Assembly: GCA_031426635.1 (NCBI GenBank)
Contig: JASJPN010000035.1
Span: 237-64,236 of the forward strand
DNA length: 64,000 bases
Reading direction: 5' to 3'
From: Polaromonas sp.
GTDB taxonomy: Bacteria > Pseudomonadota > Gammaproteobacteria > Burkholderiales > Burkholderiaceae_C
The notes below the pieces were generated by a model. The model had not been told where the DNA came from. It was given only the letters and a program-made list of their open reading frames with translations, and made no database searches. Shown piece after piece: positions 51,526-60,613 of the stretch. Each line of letters opens with the position of its first letter. The first letter of the stretch is position 1. Position numbers and translations under genes: made by a program.

Positions 51526-53382
51526 ATGAAATCAGTTCCTTCCATCGTTCTTGCAACCCCTGACCAACTGCGCGAACGTATTCGCCAGAAAAGCAAACTC
51601 AAGGGGCGGCAAGCTGATGATTTATCACGCAGTGAAGTGGTGAATCTGATTGGCGCACGACCGATGGAAGGTTACCGACGCGATTTGTTGATTGAAAACT
51701 TGCACTTATTGAATGATACCTACCGCTGCCTGCATGAGCGGCATTTGGTCGCCTTGGCCAAAGAGATGAACATCCCCATGACCGAGGTGTACGAGGTGGC
51801 GACCTTTTATCACCACTTTGAGGTGGTGCGTGGCCAAAAAGAGGGCGATATAACCATCGATGGCGCCGCGCCCGCGTTAACCATCCGCGTGTGTGACGGT
51901 TTGTCGTGCGAGCTGGCGGGGGCGCAAGATTTGCTCAAACGTCTACCCGCCATCTTAGGCAGCGCAGAGATTCGCGTGATTCCAGCGCCTTGTATTGGAC
52001 GCTGCGAACAAGCCCCAGCGGTGGCGGTGCATCAAACACCCGTACCTTACGCAAGCATTGAAAGTATTAAATCGACAGTAAATTTAATACTAAACTCGAC
52101 AGAAGCCGGCGAATATATTGACTATAAAGCTACTAATTTTATAGCAAGCAACTTCACGGAAAAGAGTGTGTCCCCGCATCCGGGTGAGCCCCATGCAGGT
52201 CGCACCCCTGCTTACACCGACTACAGCACGTACGTAGCAAACGGTGGCTATGCCTTGCCAGGCAACATCGTCACTGGTAGCCAGGATGTAGAGCCCATCC
52301 TGAAAGCGCTGGAAGACTCGGGTGTGCGTGGCCTGGGCGGCGCGGGCTTCCCTGTGGGGCGAAAATGGCGCATCGTGCGTGACCAGATCGCCCCCAAACT
52401 CATGACCGTCAACATCGACGAAGGCGAGCCCGGCACCTTCAAAGACCGCACCTACCTAGAGCGCGACCCGCACCGGTTTTTAGAGGGTATGCTGGTGGCC
52501 GCACTGGTGGTGGGCATAGACGCGTGTTACATCTACCTGCGGGACGAATACCACGATTGCAGACGTCTGCTAACGGCAGAACTTGCCAAATTACAAGCCC
52601 ATCCTCCCCCTGCGCTGGTTGGCAAACTACCTCACATTGAGCTCAGGCGCGGTGCGGGTGCCTATATTTGCGGTGAAGAGTCCGCCCTGATTGAAAGCAT
52701 TGAAGGCAAACGCGGTGAGCCCCGCATGCGCCCGCCTTACATCGCGCAGGTTGGCTTGTTTGGCAGGCCAACGCTGGCACACAATTTTGAGACGCTGTAC
52801 TGGGTGCGCGACATTGTGCAGTTGGGTCCCCAGTGGTTCAGTGGGTTTGGTCGCCATGGCCGCAAAGGTTTGCGCAGCTTCAGCGTCAGTGGCCGCGTCC
52901 AGCACCCGGGCGTCAAATTGGCCCCGGCGGGCATCACGGTGCAAGAGCTGATTGCCGAGTATTGCGGCGGCATGTTGGATGGCCACCAGTTGTATGCCTA
53001 TTTGCCAGGCGGTGCGTCGGGCGGAATTTTTCCGGCCAGTTTGGGTAACGTTCCGATGGATTTTGATGTTTTGCAGGCCCATGGTGGCTTTATTGGATCG
53101 GCGGCGGTGATTGTGCTGAGCCAGCACGACAAAGCACGCGATGCGGCTTTGAACATGATGCGATTCTTTGAGCACGAGAGCTGCGGTCAGTGCACACCGT
53201 GTCGCGTCGGGACGGCCAAAGCAGCGCGCTTGATGGAAGCGCCAGTTTGGGACAACGCCACGCTAGAGGATTTGAATGTGGTGATGACGGATGCCTCTAT
53301 CTGCGGTTTAGGTCAAGCGGCACCCAACCCTGTACGCAGCATTCAAAAATACTTTTCCCATGAAATCGGAGGTGCCGTATGA
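51526..53382 (+). CDS. fdsB: NAD-dependent formate dehydrogenase diaphorase subunit (fused NuoE-like + NuoF-like modules)
   Basis: The N-terminus has the 2Fe-2S thioredoxin-like module (VCDGLSCELAG...CIGRCEQAP). The C-terminus has the NuoF-like FMN/NADH and 4Fe-4S module (GLGGAGFP.GRKW, YICGEESALIES, ESCGQCTPCR). ATGA overlap with fdsA. Confidence 0.88.
   Translation: MKSVPSIVLATPDQLRERIRQKSKLKGRQADDLSRSEVVNLIGARPMEGYRRDLLIENLHLLNDTYRCLHERHLVALAKEMNIPMTEVYEVATFYHHFEVVRGQKEGDITIDGAAPALTIRVCDGLSCELAGAQDLLKRLPAILGSAEIRVIPAPCIGRCEQAPAVAVHQTPVPYASIESIKSTVNLILNSTEAGEYIDYKATNFIASNFTEKSVSPHPGEPHAGRTPAYTDYSTYVANGGYALPGNIVTGSQDVEPILKALEDSGVRGLGGAGFPVGRKWRIVRDQIAPKLMTVNIDEGEPGTFKDRTYLERDPHRFLEGMLVAALVVGIDACYIYLRDEYHDCRRLLTAELAKLQAHPPPALVGKLPHIELRRGAGAYICGEESALIESIEGKRGEPRMRPPYIAQVGLFGRPTLAHNFETLYWVRDIVQLGPQWFSGFGRHGRKGLRSFSVSGRVQHPGVKLAPAGITVQELIAEYCGGMLDGHQLYAYLPGGASGGIFPASLGNVPMDFDVLQAHGGFIGSAAVIVLSQHDKARDAALNMMRFFEHESCGQCTPCRVGTAKAARLMEAPVWDNATLEDLNVVMTDASICGLGQAAPNPVRSIQKYFSHEIGGAV
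52105..52145. repeat. AT-rich bipartite module copy (GCCGGC-N18-GCTA-N9-TAGC), inside the fdsB inter-module linker
   Basis: GCCGGC at 52105-52110, an 18-nt spacer, and GCTActaattttaTAGC at 52129-52145. It reads AGEYIDYKATNFIA. Confidence 0.7.
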
Positions 53383-56264
53383 ACGCGCCCACTAAACTCG
53401 TAGAAATCATGCCCGCTTTGGTGAGTTTCAAGCTCAATGGTGTGGGGATGGACGCTTTTGAAGGCGAAACGATCATTGAAGCGGCCAAACGCCACGGCAC
53501 AGATATCCCGCATCTTTGCTACAAACCGGGCTACCGCGCCGATGGCAACTGCCGCGCCTGCGTGGTGGAAATCAACGGTGAGCGCACCTTGGCTCCCAGC
53601 TGCTGCCGCAGCGTGACCGCTGACATGGAGGTCCAATCGACCAGCGAACGCGCCGTGAAAAGCCAAAAAATGATCCTGGAAATGCTGCTGAGCGACATGC
53701 CGGATGTGGGCTACAAGTGGAACGATGCAGACCACATCCCAGATCGCCCACCAAAACGTGACACAGGCCAGCACGGTGAGCTCAGTGCCTGGGCTGACCA
53801 GATGGACGTTACCGTACGCCCCGAACTCAAAGCTTTGCGCCGCGAGCAACCCAAGTCAGACTTCTCACACCCCGCCATGGCGGTGAACATGGATGCCTGC
53901 ATCCAGTGCAAACGCTGCGTGCGCGCCTGCCGCGAAGAGCAAGTCAACGATGTCATTGGCTACGCCATGCGTGGCTCGCACAGCGCCATCGTGTTTGATC
54001 TTGACGACAACATGGGGGACAGCACTTGTGTCGCTTGCGGCGAATGTGTGCAGGCCTGCCCCACGGGGGCGCTGATGCCCAAAACGCAGGTAGGCTCGCA
54101 AATCATCGATAAAAAGGTCGATTCGGTGTGCCCCTTCTGCGGCGTCGGTTGTTTGCTGACCTACAACGTCAAAGACAACACCATTGTGAGTGTGGATGGG
54201 CGCGACGGCCCGGCCAACCACAGCCGCTTGTGCGTCAAAGGCCGCTTCGGCTTTGACTACGCACACCACGACCAGCGCTTGACCAAGCCCTTGATTCGCA
54301 AAGCGGGCGTTACAAAAGACCAGTTTTCCGCGCCCAACCCAGCCGACTGGAGCGAGGTATTCCGTGAAGCGACGTGGGAAGAAGCCCTGGCACTCACATC
54401 CAGCAAACTGAAGAACTTGCGCGACACCCATGGCAAAAAATCCTTGGCTGGTTTTGGCTCCGCCAAAGGCAGCAACGAAGAAGCCTATTTGTTCCAAAAA
54501 CTGGTGCGCACCGGTTTTGGCAGCAACAATGTCGACCATTGCACCCGGCTGTGTCATGCGTCCAGTGTGGCAGCGCTACTGGAAGGCGTGGGCTCTGGCG
54601 CGGTGAGCAACCAAGTCAGCGACGTGGCGCACGCGGGGCTGATTTTGGTGATTGGCTCGAACCCTACGTCGAACCACCCTGTCGCGGCGACGTGGATGAA
54701 AAACGCAGCCAAGAACGGCACTAAAATTGTCTTGGCTGACCCGCGCCGCACTGACATCAGCAAACATGCCTGGCGCACCTTGCAGTTCAAACCCGATACC
54801 GATGTGGCGATGCTCAATGCCTTGATCCACACGGTGATTGAAGAAGGTTTGACAGACGTTGAGTTCATCCGCACCCGCGCCAGCAATTTTGAGGCACTGC
54901 GTGACAACGTCAAAGGTTACAGCCCAGAAGCCATGGCACCGATTTGCGGCGTACCAGCCGAGACGCTGCGAGAAGTGGCGCGCGAATTTGCCAAAGCCAA
55001 AGGCGCGATGATTTTATGGGGCATGGGCGTGAGCCAGCACATTCACGGCACGGACAATGCCCGCTGCTTGATTGCTTTGGTCACGGTGACGGGACAAATT
55101 GGCAAGCCGGGCTCGGGTTTGCACCCGCTGCGTGGGCAAAACAATGTGCAGGGCGCGAGTGACGCGGGTTTGATCCCCATGATGTTCCCCAACTACCAGC
55201 GTGTCACCAACCCCGAGGTTCATGCCTGGTTTGAAGATTTTTGGCAGATGCCGCTGGATGATCAACCCGGCTACACCGTGGTTGAAATCATGCACAAAGC
55301 CTTGGCGCCTGACAGCGACCCACACAAGATTCGCGGCATGTACATCATGGGCGAAAACCCCGCCATGAGCGACCCTGACCTGAACCACGCCCGCCATGCC
55401 CTGGCCAGCCTGGAGCATTTGGTGGTGCAAGATATTTTCATGACCGAGACCGCTTGGCTAGCCGACGTCGTACTGCCAGCGACCGCGTGGCCAGAAAAGA
55501 CGGGCACCGTCAGCAACACCGACCGTATGGTGCAGATAGGCAAACAGGCAATTAACCCACCGGGTGAGGCCAAGCCTGACCTGTGGATCATCCAGCAAAT
55601 CGCCAACCGCATGGGTTTGTCGTGGAACTACCAGGGCGCGCATTCGGGCGTGGCTGCGGTGTATGACGAAATGCGCCGTGCCATGCATGCCGCCATTGCC
55701 GGCATCACCTGGGAACGCCTGGAGCGCGAGTCCAGCGTGACCTACCCTTGCCTGAGTGCCCAAGACCCCGGTCAGCCCACCGTGTTTATCAACAGCTTCC
55801 CAACTGCCGATGGTCGTGTGCAGCTGGTACCGGCAGACATCATCCCAGCTGCTGAACGACCCGATGCACAGTACCCGTTTGTCTTGATCACCGGCCGCCA
55901 GTTAGAGCATTGGCATACCGGCAGCATGACACGCCGCGCTACCGTGCTGGATGCGCTGGAACCGATGGCGACGGCATCGCTGTGCGGTGCAGACATGCAA
56001 GAAATGGGTTTGCAGGCGGGTGACGTGATCACCGTGCAATCGCGTCGTGGCGAGGTCGCCATCCATATCCGGCGCGACGATGGCACGCCACGTGGCGCCG
56101 TGTTTGTCCCGTTTGCGTACTATGAAGCAGCGGCCAATATGATGACGAATGCGGCACTTGATCCATTTGGCAAGATTCCAGAGTTCAAGTACTGCGCCGT
56201 CGCGATTCGCTCTGGGGGGGTGCCGCGTCCGGCGGCGGGCTATGGATCGGGCAGCACGGCTTGA
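53379..56264 (+). CDS. fdsA: NAD-dependent formate dehydrogenase catalytic subunit (NuoG-like Fe-S N-terminus + Mo/W-bis-PGD domain)
   Basis: 2Fe-2S (CYKPGYRADGNCRACVVEI), 4Fe-4S motifs (CIQCKRCVRAC, CVACGECVQACP, CPFCGVGC) and a Cys-type active site (HCTRLCHASSV). 961 aa with no Tat signal. Confidence 0.92.
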   Translation: MNAPTKLVEIMPALVSFKLNGVGMDAFEGETIIEAAKRHGTDIPHLCYKPGYRADGNCRACVVEINGERTLAPSCCRSVTADMEVQSTSERAVKSQKMILEMLLSDMPDVGYKWNDADHIPDRPPKRDTGQHGELSAWADQMDVTVRPELKALRREQPKSDFSHPAMAVNMDACIQCKRCVRACREEQVNDVIGYAMRGSHSAIVFDLDDNMGDSTCVACGECVQACPTGALMPKTQVGSQIIDKKVDSVCPFCGVGCLLTYNVKDNTIVSVDGRDGPANHSRLCVKGRFGFDYAHHDQRLTKPLIRKAGVTKDQFSAPNPADWSEVFREATWEEALALTSSKLKNLRDTHGKKSLAGFGSAKGSNEEAYLFQKLVRTGFGSNNVDHCTRLCHASSVAALLEGVGSGAVSNQVSDVAHAGLILVIGSNPTSNHPVAATWMKNAAKNGTKIVLADPRRTDISKHAWRTLQFKPDTDVAMLNALIHTVIEEGLTDVEFIRTRASNFEALRDNVKGYSPEAMAPICGVPAETLREVAREFAKAKGAMILWGMGVSQHIHGTDNARCLIALVTVTGQIGKPGSGLHPLRGQNNVQGASDAGLIPMMFPNYQRVTNPEVHAWFEDFWQMPLDDQPGYTVVEIMHKALAPDSDPHKIRGMYIMGENPAMSDPDLNHARHALASLEHLVVQDIFMTETAWLADVVLPATAWPEKTGTVSNTDRMVQIGKQAINPPGEAKPDLWIIQQIANRMGLSWNYQGAHSGVAAVYDEMRRAMHAAIAGITWERLERESSVTYPCLSAQDPGQPTVFINSFPTADGRVQLVPADIIPAAERPDAQYPFVLITGRQLEHWHTGSMTRRATVLDALEPMATASLCGADMQEMGLQAGDVITVQSRRGEVAIHIRRDDGTPRGAVFVPFAYYEAAANMMTNAALDPFGKIPEFKYCAVAIRSGGVPRPAAGYGSGSTA

Positions 56265-56316
56265 AACGACGTACCGATTTGGGTGGGATAGCCAATCCGT
56301 TATATTAGCGCCAGTT

Positions 56317-56874
56317 ATGTCCACCTTACGACCTGCCCTAGAAGTTGCCGTCATCATGCGCCATGAGCGTATTCAGGGTCCTATGAGCCAATGGCAGACA
56401 TGGCGCTGGGTGTTGGTTGATGTCATGCCGCAAGAGAACAGTTTTGGCGTCGTACCGCGTTTGCTGTTTAAGAATGAGGACGAAGAACGCTGGCTGCATC
56501 CCGGCTATCCGGTGGAATTATTCACGGATGATGCCGAGGGCTACTACCTCAACGCGAGCACGTCGGCACCATGCTGGTTTGTGTTGTGGCGCATGGAAGA
56601 AGAGGCGGGCATGGCGAAAGAGCCCATTGCCAAACCTGCGATGGTGAGCTTGAGCTACCACGATGCAGGCCGCTGGCTGGACGCGCAGGAAACGGTCGAG
56701 CAGGTAGCGGCTCCCGCGCCTGTCGTTGAATGGCTACAGGCTTTTGTGGACGAACACCACGTGATTGAGCCCAAACGTCGCAAACGTCCGGAAAGCTTTC
56801 GGTCATTAACCGACCGGTTCGGCAATCCAGTATCGATCAGCACCGAGAAAAAATCAGGAGGCGTCCATGGCTGA
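56317..56874 (+). CDS. conserved hypothetical protein (DUF3305-like by recollection)
   Basis: 185 aa starting MSTLRPALEVAVIMRHERIQG.MSQWQTWRW. There are no cofactor motifs. The ORF-track start at 56149 lies inside fdsA and was trimmed. Confidence 0.5.
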   Translation: MSTLRPALEVAVIMRHERIQGPMSQWQTWRWVLVDVMPQENSFGVVPRLLFKNEDEERWLHPGYPVELFTDDAEGYYLNASTSAPCWFVLWRMEEEAGMAKEPIAKPAMVSLSYHDAGRWLDAQETVEQVAAPAPVVEWLQAFVDEHHVIEPKRRKRPESFRSLTDRFGNPVSISTEKKSGGVHG

Positions 56875-57556
56875 CAGTTTTCTAGGTCGATGGTCGCAAC
56901 GCAAGCAGACCGAGCGCGCGGGTAAAACGCTGGATGAACCAGCCAGCAAGCCCACTTCTGTTGTTATTGATGCGTCGGCAACTAGTAACACAGCGCGTTC
57001 TGTTCGCACGGAGTTGGACGAAAGCTTTGGAGATGTCAACCAGCTTATGCAAGACCGTAGTGCGAGTGGTGACGCGCTCAATCATCCGGCCAAGGCTGCA
57101 CCACTGTCGCTGGACGACGTAAAAAATCTCACAGCGCAATCCGATTTCGCACCCTTCGTGGCGCGTGATGTTGCACCCGAAATTCGCAACTCAGCGATGA
57201 AAAAGCTGTTCACAGACCCTCGCTATAACGTGATGGACGGCCTGGACATTTACATTGACGATTATTCCAAGCCTGACCCGCTGCCTGAATCCATGTTGCG
57301 GCAAATGGTCAGCGCCAAGTTTCTCAAGCTGTTTGAGGACGAGGAAAAAGACCCGTCCGGAAGCGGTGTGCGGGATGATGCTAATACCCTTGTTGTCCAT
57401 TCCGTGGCACAGTCCGAACAGCCGCCATTGACCGGCGCTGATTCCATTACAGAGAACACACCCCAGGTACTGGGAACAAACGATGACAACACTGATTTGC
57501 GATTGCAACAAAACCATGCCGCTGGACTCCAGGGGCCTGGGTGCAGCACTGAATGA
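56867..57556 (+). CDS. conserved hypothetical protein (DUF3306-like by recollection)
   Basis: 229 aa starting MADSFLGRWSQRK. It is largely low-complexity and acidic, overlaps the previous gene by 8 nt and the next by 74 nt. Confidence 0.5.
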   Translation: MADSFLGRWSQRKQTERAGKTLDEPASKPTSVVIDASATSNTARSVRTELDESFGDVNQLMQDRSASGDALNHPAKAAPLSLDDVKNLTAQSDFAPFVARDVAPEIRNSAMKKLFTDPRYNVMDGLDIYIDDYSKPDPLPESMLRQMVSAKFLKLFEDEEKDPSGSGVRDDANTLVVHSVAQSEQPPLTGADSITENTPQVLGTNDDNTDLRLQQNHAAGLQGPGCSTE

Positions 57557-59567
57557 AAGCCTGACGCTTCACTCCACCTTGTGCCGCCGCGAGGCTGGCG
57601 CCTTCATCAAGGCCATCCAGACAGGCGAGGACGTGGTGGTCGCCTGCACTCAGGAAAAGCGGCTGTTTGCCGAACTGGCAGAGCAGACCGTTGGAGCCGT
57701 CTCGCCTATTCGTTTCGTGAATATTCGAGAAACCGGTGGCTGGAGCAAAGATGCCCACAAGGCCAGCCCTAAAATTGCCGCCCTGCTGGCGGCTGCCCAT
57801 CTACCCGAGCCTGAACCCGTCGCCACGGTCACCTACAAAAGCGCTGGACGGCTGCTGATTATTGGTGAACTGGGGGCTGCCGAGCGTGCAGCCAATCTAT
57901 TGGGTGAAGATCTCGACGTCACCTTGTTCACGCAAGGCTCGGGAGACCTGGGTGCGATGCAGGAGCGGCGTTATCCGATACTGGGTGGGCAGATTCAGGC
58001 GCTAACCGGATGGCTGGGTGCCTTTGAACTCAAGTGGCTGCGTAACAACCCGATTGATCTGGACTTATGCACGCGTTGCAACGCTTGTTTAGCTGTGTGC
58101 CCCGAAGATGCCATCGGTTTTGATTATCAAATTGACATGGCGCTTTGCAAATCTCACCGCACCTGCGTCAAGGCGTGCCAAGTAGCTGGCGCGATTGACT
58201 TCAGCCGGGAACCAGAGGCGTTGAGTGAAAAGTTTGACCTGATCCTTGATCTACGAGCCACGCCCGCTTTCACGCAGCATGCCCTGCCCCAAGGCTACCT
58301 GCGCTGGGATGGTCTTGACCCCAAGCCCTTGATTACGGTGCGTGCGCTGGTAGGCGAATTTGAAAAGCCCAAGTTCTTTGTTTATAAACAAAAACTCTGT
58401 GCGCACAGCCGCAACGAAAAAATTGGCTGCAATGCCTGCATCGACGTGTGCTCCGCATCCGCTATCAGCAGCGAACGTGATCGTCAACAAATCAAAGTCA
58501 ATCCCAGTCTGTGTGTGGGGTGCGGCACCTGCACCACCGTCTGTCCCAGCGGTGCCTTGACCTATGCCTATCCGCGTGCGAGCGATCAAGGACTGAAGAT
58601 CAAGACCATGCTCAGTACTTTCGCCCTGAGCGGCGGCAAGAATGCTGCTCTACTGCTACACAGTCAAGAAAGCGGCACACGCCTGGTGGGCGATTTGGGT
58701 CGTGCAGCCCAGCTGGACAAAGCAACACATGGCGTGCCTGCTCGCGTGCTGCCCATTGCACTTTGGCACACCTCGTCGATCGGGCTGGAGGTCTGGCTGA
58801 CAGCGATAGCCTATGGTGCCTCACAGGTCTGGGTGCTCATGACTGACGAGGAGGCGCCGCAATACCATGAGGCGATTCGCAGCCAGATGGCCGTGGCACA
58901 AACGATTCTGACGGGGTTAGGCTACCAAGGCGAACATTTCCGCATTCTGCATGCCAGGGACGCACGCGATCTGGCGGCGCTGGACCGCGATTTGCAGGCT
59001 GCTCCCGCCCAATGCGTCAGCCGCGGTGCCAGCTTTGCAGTGCAGTCCGACAAACGAACTACACTGGAATTGGCTCTGGATCATCTGGCGGAGTACGCTC
59101 CTTTAAAACCGGAGGTCATTGCGCTGCCCGCCACGGGTTCGCCGCTGGGTTCGCTCAAGCTCAACAAAGATGCCTGCACCTTGTGCCTGAGCTGTATCAA
59201 TGCCTGCCCGGCCAGTGCCCTGCAAGACAACCAGGAGTCGCCCCAGCTCAAATTTATCGAGAAAAACTGTGTTCAATGTGGTTTGTGCGTCAAAACCTGT
59301 CCAGAAAAAGCGCTCTCCCTGGTGCCGCAACTGAACCTGACACCTCAACGCAAAGAAGCAATCGTGATGAATGCGATGGCACCTTACGCTTGTGTGCGCT
59401 GTAGCAAACCCTTCGGCACGCTCAAAGCCATCGAATCCATGCTGGGCAAATTGGCTGGACATAGCATGTTTCAGGGCGTCGCGTTGGAACGCCTGAAAAT
59501 GTGCAGTGACTGCCGGGTGATCGATATTTACTCGGCACAGAATGAAGCAAAAATAACGGATATCTGA
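57483..59567 (+). CDS. large multi-cluster 4Fe-4S ferredoxin-domain protein
   Basis: 694 aa. The N-terminus is MTTLICDCNKTMPLD. There are at least four CxxCxxCxxxCP motifs (CTRCNACLAVCP, CVGCGTCTTVCP, CTLCLSCINACP, CVQCGLCVKTCP) plus extra Cys pairs. Confidence 0.75.
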   Translation: MTTLICDCNKTMPLDSRGLGAALNESLTLHSTLCRREAGAFIKAIQTGEDVVVACTQEKRLFAELAEQTVGAVSPIRFVNIRETGGWSKDAHKASPKIAALLAAAHLPEPEPVATVTYKSAGRLLIIGELGAAERAANLLGEDLDVTLFTQGSGDLGAMQERRYPILGGQIQALTGWLGAFELKWLRNNPIDLDLCTRCNACLAVCPEDAIGFDYQIDMALCKSHRTCVKACQVAGAIDFSREPEALSEKFDLILDLRATPAFTQHALPQGYLRWDGLDPKPLITVRALVGEFEKPKFFVYKQKLCAHSRNEKIGCNACIDVCSASAISSERDRQQIKVNPSLCVGCGTCTTVCPSGALTYAYPRASDQGLKIKTMLSTFALSGGKNAALLLHSQESGTRLVGDLGRAAQLDKATHGVPARVLPIALWHTSSIGLEVWLTAIAYGASQVWVLMTDEEAPQYHEAIRSQMAVAQTILTGLGYQGEHFRILHARDARDLAALDRDLQAAPAQCVSRGASFAVQSDKRTTLELALDHLAEYAPLKPEVIALPATGSPLGSLKLNKDACTLCLSCINACPASALQDNQESPQLKFIEKNCVQCGLCVKTCPEKALSLVPQLNLTPQRKEAIVMNAMAPYACVRCSKPFGTLKAIESMLGKLAGHSMFQGVALERLKMCSDCRVIDIYSAQNEAKITDI

Positions 59568-59572
59568 ACATC

Positions 59573-60193
59573 ATGCTCGCTCCCAACTCAATGCAAACCA
59601 GTGCCCTTGACGAGGAAACCGCCCGTTCAGAGCTTTACGGTCTCCTGGCCCATTTATTTTATGCGCCACCAGCTACTGAATTAATAGCGCAACTGCGTGT
59701 GGCAGTCACCGACACACCCGCCGCCGGTGCCTTTCTGGAAGAACCTTGGCGCTCCTTGGTGGGCGTCTCCCGTGCGATGACTGACCAAGCTATTCAAAAC
59801 GAATACAACGACTTGTTCGGCGGGGTGGGCAAGCCGGAGGTCTACCTATACGGATCTCACTTCCTAAGTGGCTTTCTCAACGAAAAGCCGCTGGCCAGGC
59901 TACGCACCGAGCTGGCCAACCTGGGTTTGGAGCGCGATAAGAACATGCACGAAACTGAAGACCATGTTGCCTATCTGTGTGAAGTCATGCGCTACCTGAT
60001 CGCCGGTGACGATGTGGCCGTGGCCAACCTCACGCGTCAGCGAGAGTTCTTCTCGGTCCACATGCAGCCCTGGATGATGACGATGTGCGATGACCTACAA
60101 AAGCACCCCAGAGCCCGGTTTTACGCCGCTTTGGCCGAACTCACCCGCGCCTTTATGGGAGTTGAAGCCCAAGGTTTTGATATGCTGACTTGA
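59573..60193 (+). CDS. TorD/DmsD-family redox-enzyme maturation chaperone
   Basis: 206 aa with the family-typical pattern ARSELYGLLAHLFYAPP...EYNDLFGG...YLYGSHF...EDHVAYLCEVM. Confidence 0.75.
   Translation: MLAPNSMQTSALDEETARSELYGLLAHLFYAPPATELIAQLRVAVTDTPAAGAFLEEPWRSLVGVSRAMTDQAIQNEYNDLFGGVGKPEVYLYGSHFLSGFLNEKPLARLRTELANLGLERDKNMHETEDHVAYLCEVMRYLIAGDDVAVANLTRQREFFSVHMQPWMMTMCDDLQKHPRARFYAALAELTRAFMGVEAQGFDMLT
59672..59688. repeat. module core only (GCTA-N9-TAGC), inside the torD-like gene
   Basis: aGCTActgaattaaTAGCg, read as ATELIA. There is no flanking hexamer at 18 nt, so it could be a chance or eroded copy. Confidence 0.35.
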
Positions 60194-60228
60194 CGCGCCG
60201 AATGCGCATCGTCAATCCGTATTTTTTT

Positions 60229-60268
60229 GGGAAAACTCGCGTTTTCCCTAAGTCGAAATTTTTTTTTT
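60229..60268 (+). terminator. perfect hairpin with a nearby T10 tract (terminator-like or regulatory)
   Basis: GGGAAAAC-tcgc-GTTTTCCC (60229-60248). It is preceded by T7 and followed after 10 nt by T10 (60259-60268). It lies between the torD-like gene and the Tat-FDH genes. Confidence 0.35.
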
Positions 60269-60356
60269 ACATTAACATAGACAGCTGTACCGAAGAATAC
60301 TAATTTTTGCGTGAAATATGTCATTTCATCGCAGCCAGCCTCTTCTGGAGACCATC

Positions 60357-60560
60357 ATGCAAGATAGCCAACCCAAAGCCTCGCGTCGCGGCTTTTTTCT
60401 TTCTGCATCCGTGGCAGGTGCGGTCGTCGCTTCAGCCAGCTTGGTGAAGCTGCAGGCGCCAGCGCCAGTAGCTATGTCGCTCAAGCCTGCGCCCGAAAAA
60501 GGCGGTGGGTATACCTTAAGTGATCACGTTAAACAGTACTACAAGACGACCCTCGTCTGA
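60357..60560 (+). CDS. small twin-arginine signal protein of the formate-dehydrogenase region
   Basis: MQDSQPKASRRGFFLSASVAGAVVASASL Tat motif. About 67 aa, immediately upstream of the FDH alpha gene. The ORF-track start is at 60318. Confidence 0.65.
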   Translation: MQDSQPKASRRGFFLSASVAGAVVASASLVKLQAPAPVAMSLKPAPEKGGGYTLSDHVKQYYKTTLV

Positions 60561-60613
60561 TTTCCCATCATCGTGCCGGCCTACGGCGACTCACGCAGAC
60601 TTTGGAGAGTTCC

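Noticed and set aside
53865-54557. 230-aa ORF on the minus strand (with several 60-150-aa ORFs inside fdsA and the FDH alpha gene)
   Set aside because: It is antisense or out of frame within strongly supported molybdoenzyme genes.
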